Of a DNA stretch of 64,000 nt, positions 57,370 through 64,000 are shown one piece after another. Each line of letters opens with the position of its first letter. The stretch's first letter is position 1. The stretch is from a plasmid, in sequence record OW967251.1. The stretch is one strand, 5' to 3'. The notes beneath the pieces are model-generated. The model was not told where the DNA came from, searched no databases, and was given only the letters and a program-made list of their open reading frames with translations. The position numbers and the translations under genes are program-made.

Positions 57370-58030
57370 ACCTGCCAACAGGCACCAAAATCTGGCTGGT
57401 TGCCGGTATCACCGACATGCGCAACGGCTTCAATGGTCTCGCCGCAAAGGTGCAGACGATGCTGAAAGATGACCCGATGTCCGGCCATGTCTTCATCTTC
57501 CGGGGCCGCAGCGGCAGTAAGGTCAAACTGCTGTGGTCCACCGGCGACGGGCTGTGCCTGCTGACCAAACGGCTGGAACGCGGCCGCTTCGCCTGGCCCT
57601 CTGCCCGCGATGGCAAAGTGTTCCTGACCCCGGCGCAGCTGGCAATGCTTCTGGAAGGCATCGACTGGCGGCAGCCTAAAAGACTGCTTACGTCCCTGAC
57701 CATGTTGTAGGCCTCTTTATCCTGGTTGTCGTTGAATAAGCCTGGTAAAATGCGGGCTTATGAACAACACCTCCCCCTGACGACATCCTTCTGCTGAAAC
57801 AGCGCCTGTCCGAACAGGAAGCGCTGAACCGCGCCCTGCTGGAAAAGCAGGCCGACCGGGAGCGCGAAATAGACCATCTGCAGGCGCAGCTGGATAAGCT
57901 TCGCCGGATGAACTTCGGCAGTCGTTCTGAATAAATCTCCCGCCGCATCGCGCAGATAGAAGCCGACCTGAACCGGCTTCAGACAGAAAGCGATACGCTG
58001 ACGGGTCGGGTTGCCGATACGGGCCGGGCC
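57370..58030 (+). mobile_element. IS66-family relic: 3' two-thirds of tnpB plus a decayed 5' part of tnpC (internal stops), no IRs
   Basis: ...KIWLVAGITDMRNGFNGLAAKVQTMLKDDPMSGHVFIFRGRSGSKVKLLWSTGDGLCLLTKRLERGRF...; tnpC start reads MNNTSP-stop. Confidence 0.75.
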
Positions 58031-58040
58031 CCGTATCGTT

Positions 58041-58303
58041 TTAACCCTGAATATTCATCGCAGATATTGTTTCGGGTTTTCCGGTATACCAGCCCTGAAC
58101 TAGGTAACCGGGGCCAAGAGAACGGACGAATTCAAACTGTCCTGGCGTTTCCACCCCTTCAAACACCAGTGGTTTGCCAGTACCACGTAACCCTTTCACC
58201 ACAGAAACAAGTAGCGCTCGCTTCACCGGGTCATCAATATTGGCAATAAAAATACGGTCTATTTTTATCTCATCGAAATCCAGTACCGTCAGCCATTCAA
58301 TAT
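58041..58303 (-). pseudogene. C-terminal remnant of an EAL-domain (c-di-GMP phosphodiesterase-type) gene, truncated at the IR at 58304
   Basis: ...DFDEIKIDRIFIANIDDPVKRALLVSVVKGLRGTGKPLVFEGVETPGQFEFVRSLGPGYLVQGWYTGKP... Confidence 0.55.
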
Positions 58304-58341
58304 GGGGGCCGCTTGGAAAACGGAAAATATCCTACGTTAAG
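58304..58341 (+). repeat. solo 38-bp Tn3-family terminal IR (gggggccgcttggaaaacggaaaatatcctacgttaag, outer end at 58304), 35/38 identical to the inverted IR at 12325-12362
   Basis: direct comparison with reverse complement of 12325..12362. Confidence 0.75.
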
Positions 58342-58423
58342 CCTGTTTTTTGAGCTGGCATGACGGGCAGCTATGAGCGAAGTATAGTCATTCGCCCTAT
58401 CTCTTTTGTCGCACTTTCAACAA

Positions 58424-58454
58424 GGGGGTCGCTTGGAAAGCGGAACGAGGTCAG
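58424..58454 (+). repeat. second, partial Tn3-family-like IR (gggggtcgcttggaaagcggaacgaggtcag) in the same orientation 120 bp downstream
   Basis: shares GGGG(G)YCGCTTGGAAA-CGGAA core. Confidence 0.5.
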
Positions 58455-58661
58455 TCTCCGCCCGGACTGCTCAGCTCTTTAAACAGCAAAAGAGAGGCAT
58501 CTTATGAGAAGGGATTATTCAGTATGTCAGGGCAGACTGCTTTTTCATCCGCAGGTACTGAGGGTAAATGCTCAATTCCGGTACGATTCTTACTCTATAG
58601 CCAGACAGAATTCAGCATTGTGCTGAACCCGAATCTTTTTTTACTCTGACAGGCCTGTTCA

Positions 58662-59672
58662 TCAGAACCCTGAAAAAACAATTTTCCCGTTCACATTTTT
58701 ATTTTCCATGTCCTCATGAGCCCGGCGAAGTGCTTTAGCATTCAGCCTGCCATACTCTGCCAGCAACGGAGGTTTGAGCTTACCGGAATCCAGCATGCAT
58801 GAGAGTTTGTTAAGAATATCATGCTGTTTAGACATGTCCGCAGTAGCATGCATGGGGCGGGTAAACATTGCCTCCCAGTGAACAGAAACGCTCTTAAATT
58901 TGATCAAACGCAGATCCAGTGGTTCAGGGTCGTCGATGAGTCCGATACGGCCTTGTGGGGCAATAATTTCGGCCATATTTTCCCAGGCAGATGGCGTGGT
59001 GTACGTTGAGAAAATCCGGGTAATGGGAGGGAGTCCAGCAAGGCTGGCAACCTGTGGCGCAAGCGCACATGAATGATCCAGGACATAATGCGCACCAAAC
59101 CCGCGAACCGCTCTGACACTCTCCTGCCGGGAGGCAGTCCCGATGATGTTCACCCGACTCAGAGTGCGGGCAAGCTGTATAGCCATACAAGGGACTCCGC
59201 CCGCACCGCCAAGCATCAACAGGGTCTGATCAGCATCTCCGTTCACTGACAACTGCAGACGATCAAATAACATTTCCCAGGCTGTCAGACCGGTCAGAGG
59301 AACCGACGCTGCAGCTTCAAAACTTAGTGCTGCCGGCTTTATCCCCGTAATGCGTTCGTCAACCAGCTGAAACTCTGCGTTGGCTCCCTGGCGATCGAGC
59401 ACACCGGCATAGAAAACGTGGTCACCTGGCCTGAACAGCGTCACATCTGGTCCGGTTGCTTCAACAACACCGGAAGCGTCGTATCCCATAACTACCGGAT
59501 TGCCTGCAGAGGGACTGATGTTTCGCCGGCTTTTCAGGTCCCGTGGGTTAACCGCGACCGCCCTGACTCTGATCAAAAGATCACGCCCCTTGGGCATGGA
59601 TGGGTGGGGAAGCGACAAATCTTCAATAACGGATGTACTTTCCCCGGGTTGCCAGAAACCAACGGCTTTCAT
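58662..59672 (-). CDS. zinc-type alcohol dehydrogenase / quinone oxidoreductase family (MDR superfamily, 336 aa)
   Basis: GroES-like N-domain and Rossmann ...MLGGAGGVPCMAIQLAR... Confidence 0.8.
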   Translation of the reverse strand: MKAVGFWQPGESTSVIEDLSLPHPSMPKGRDLLIRVRAVAVNPRDLKSRRNISPSAGNPVVMGYDASGVVEATGPDVTLFRPGDHVFYAGVLDRQGANAEFQLVDERITGIKPAALSFEAAASVPLTGLTAWEMLFDRLQLSVNGDADQTLLMLGGAGGVPCMAIQLARTLSRVNIIGTASRQESVRAVRGFGAHYVLDHSCALAPQVASLAGLPPITRIFSTYTTPSAWENMAEIIAPQGRIGLIDDPEPLDLRLIKFKSVSVHWEAMFTRPMHATADMSKQHDILNKLSCMLDSGKLKPPLLAEYGRLNAKALRRAHEDMENKNVNGKIVFSGF

Positions 59673-59694
59673 TCTGTCTCCTTAAAAAGGTCAG

Positions 59695-59910
59695 TCACCA
59701 GATAAATAAATGTAAAAGTGTGCGGAACGCGATACCCGCCAGTGCCCCCGGCAGTGCAAATCGAAAAATACGCAGAAAGCGGGCGCTGATGCCCATGAAT
59801 ATACCAATGCCCGGCAAATCAAAACTGTTGATGAGAAATCCGGCTGAGCGGTTAATTTCGTTAACGGTCAGGTTACCGCTATGGATAAGGTCAGTCGGTA
59901 ATGCTGTCAA
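59695..59910 (-). CDS. hypothetical small hydrophobic protein (71 aa) immediately upstream of the dehydrogenase gene
   Basis: ORF only; could be a remnant. Confidence 0.25.
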   Translation of the reverse strand: MTALPTDLIHSGNLTVNEINRSAGFLINSFDLPGIGIFMGISARFLRIFRFALPGALAGIAFRTLLHLFIW

Positions 59911-60132
59911 CCTGTTGATGACTATTTTAATCTGTAGTCATTCAATCCTTGTAACATCAGGATGATCCTGGTGTCAGTGAAAATACGAAATCAACACGTT
60001 GGTATCATTACCCACCTGTGAACTGACGTCGGCATTTTGAATCTCACTTCGGCGTGCCCCCTCCGAATGGCGCAAAACATTTCGTGGTATGGCATGATAG
60101 CACCCGAAGAGAGTCAATTCAGGGTGGTAAAT

Positions 60133-61215
60133 GTGAAACCAGTAACGCTATACGATGTCGCAGAGTATGCCGGTGTCTCTTATCAGACCGTTTCCCGCGT
60201 GGTGAACCAGGCCAGCCACGTCTCTGCGAAAACGCGGGAAAAGGTGGAAGCGGCGATGGCGCAGCTGAACTACATTCCCAACCGCGTGGCACAACAACTG
60301 GCGGGCAAACAGTCGTTGCTGATTGGCGTTGCTACCTCCAGTCTGGCCCTGCACGCGCCGTCGCAAATTGTCGCGGCGATTAAATCTCGCGCCGATCAAC
60401 TGGGTGCCAGCGTGGTGGTGTCGATGGTAGAACGAAGCAGCGTCGAAGCCTGTAAAGCGGCGGTACATAACCTTCTCGCGCAACGCGTCAGTGGTCTGAT
60501 CATTAACTATCCGCTGGATGACGAGGATGCCATTGCTGTGGAAGCTGCCTGCGCTAATGTTCCGGCCCTATTTCTTGATGTCTCTGACCAGACTCCCATC
60601 AACAGTATTATTTTTTCCCATGAAGACGGTACGCGACTGGGCGTGGAGCATCTGATCGCATTGGGTCACCAGCAAATCGCGTTGTTAGCCGGTCCATTAA
60701 GTTCTGTCTCGGCGCGTCTGCGTCTGGCGGACTGGCATAAATATCTCACACGCAATCAAATTCATCCGATAGCGGAACGGGAAGGCGACTGGAGTGCCAT
60801 GTCCGGTTTTCAACAAACTATGCAAATGCTGAATGAGGGCATCGTTCCCACTGCGATGCTGGTTGCCAACGATCAGATGGCGCTGGGCGCAATGCGCGCT
60901 ATTACCGAGTCCGGGCTGCGCGTTGGTGCGGATATCTCGGTAGTGGGATACGACGATACCGAAGACAGCTCGTGTTATATCCCGCCGTTAACCACCATCA
61001 AACAGGATTTTCGCCTGCTGGGGAAAACTAGCGTGGACCGCTTGCTGAAACTCTCTCAGGGCCAGGCGGTGAAGAGCAATCAGCTGTTGCCCGTCTCACT
61101 GGTGAAAAGAAAAACCACCCTACCGCCCAATACGCAAACCACCTCTCCCCGCACGTTGGCAGATTCCTTAATGCAGCTGGCACGACAAGTTTCCCGACTT
61201 GAAAGCGGGCAGTGA
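60133..61215 (+). CDS. lacI: lactose operon repressor LacI (GTG start, 360 aa)
   Basis: VKPVTLYDVAEYAGVSYQTVSRVVNQASHVSAKTREKVEAAMAQLNYIPNRVAQQLAGKQS... Confidence 0.95.
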   Translation: MKPVTLYDVAEYAGVSYQTVSRVVNQASHVSAKTREKVEAAMAQLNYIPNRVAQQLAGKQSLLIGVATSSLALHAPSQIVAAIKSRADQLGASVVVSMVERSSVEACKAAVHNLLAQRVSGLIINYPLDDEDAIAVEAACANVPALFLDVSDQTPINSIIFSHEDGTRLGVEHLIALGHQQIALLAGPLSSVSARLRLADWHKYLTRNQIHPIAEREGDWSAMSGFQQTMQMLNEGIVPTAMLVANDQMALGAMRAITESGLRVGADISVVGYDDTEDSSCYIPPLTTIKQDFRLLGKTSVDRLLKLSQGQAVKSNQLLPVSLVKRKTTLPPNTQTTSPRTLADSLMQLARQVSRLESGQ

Positions 61216-61221
61216 GCGCAA

Positions 61222-64000
<2,779 letters not shown>

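Overview
This window is a mosaic accessory region with plasmid-like (enterobacterial) organisation: resistance modules bounded by IS1, IS5, IS26 and IS6100, followed by a fec/lac/amidase metabolic block.

Main modules, left to right:
(1) 1-1030: a GC-rich fragment with a small heat-shock protein (Hsp20) gene and an excisionase-type HTH gene. It resembles the start of a transmissible heat-resistance locus and runs off the left edge. A degenerate IS66-like scar follows.
(2) 1907-31944: a roughly 30 kb segment bounded by two directly oriented IS1 copies of different isoforms, resembling Tn2670 (the IS1-flanked catA1 + Tn21 unit of plasmid R100). It contains:
  - IS5, then an unidentified 420-bp fragment;
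  - a Pseudomonas-type phosphite oxidation operon ptxABCDE (ptxD reads as the NAD-dependent phosphite dehydrogenase), bracketed by two inverted, truncated copies of another IS5-family element, one of them frameshifted;
  - IS26, a truncated Tn3-family tnpA with its 38-bp IR, truncated IS26, aph(3')-Ia, IS26 (a rearranged Tn4352, the IS26-aphA1-IS26 transposon);
  - mph(A)-mrx-mphR(A), IS6100, padR-chrA with a Tn21-family IR;
  - a class 1 integron (intI1 with PcW-TGN-10, then dfrA12-gcuF-aadA2-qacEdelta1-sul1-orf5 remnant);
  - the Tn21 transposition module (IRi, tnpM, res, tnpR, tnpA, IRtnp) inserted in a ybjA-like acetyltransferase gene next to catA1.
(3) 31945-35286: an AT-rich islet carrying what I read as a complete His-Xaa-Ser (Hxs) radical-SAM system. 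It has an HxsD-like LLNDYxLRE protein cut by the IS1 end, two radical-SAM enzymes (HxsB with a SPASM-type tail, HxsC), and a secreted HxsA with HRSHSSHRSHSSHRS repeats, a poly-Ser tract and a C-terminal peptidoglycan-binding-like domain. This is the most interesting, experimentally uncharacterised system in the window.
(4) An IS66-family element with a frameshifted tnpC and a duplicated, divergent right end, then 1.8 kb of AT-rich sequence without convincing genes.
(5) An amiC/amiR(ANTAR)-controlled operon encoding a peptide-type ABC importer, a formamidase/acetamidase and a fused double ATPase, with a leader terminator upstream of amiC.
(6) IS21-family and cupin remnants; fecIRABCDE with a Fur box; an IS66 relic; an EAL-domain gene truncated by a solo Tn3-family IR; a quinone-oxidoreductase-type dehydrogenase; lacI and the 5' two-thirds of lacZ.

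No CRISPR array, tRNA or rRNA was seen.
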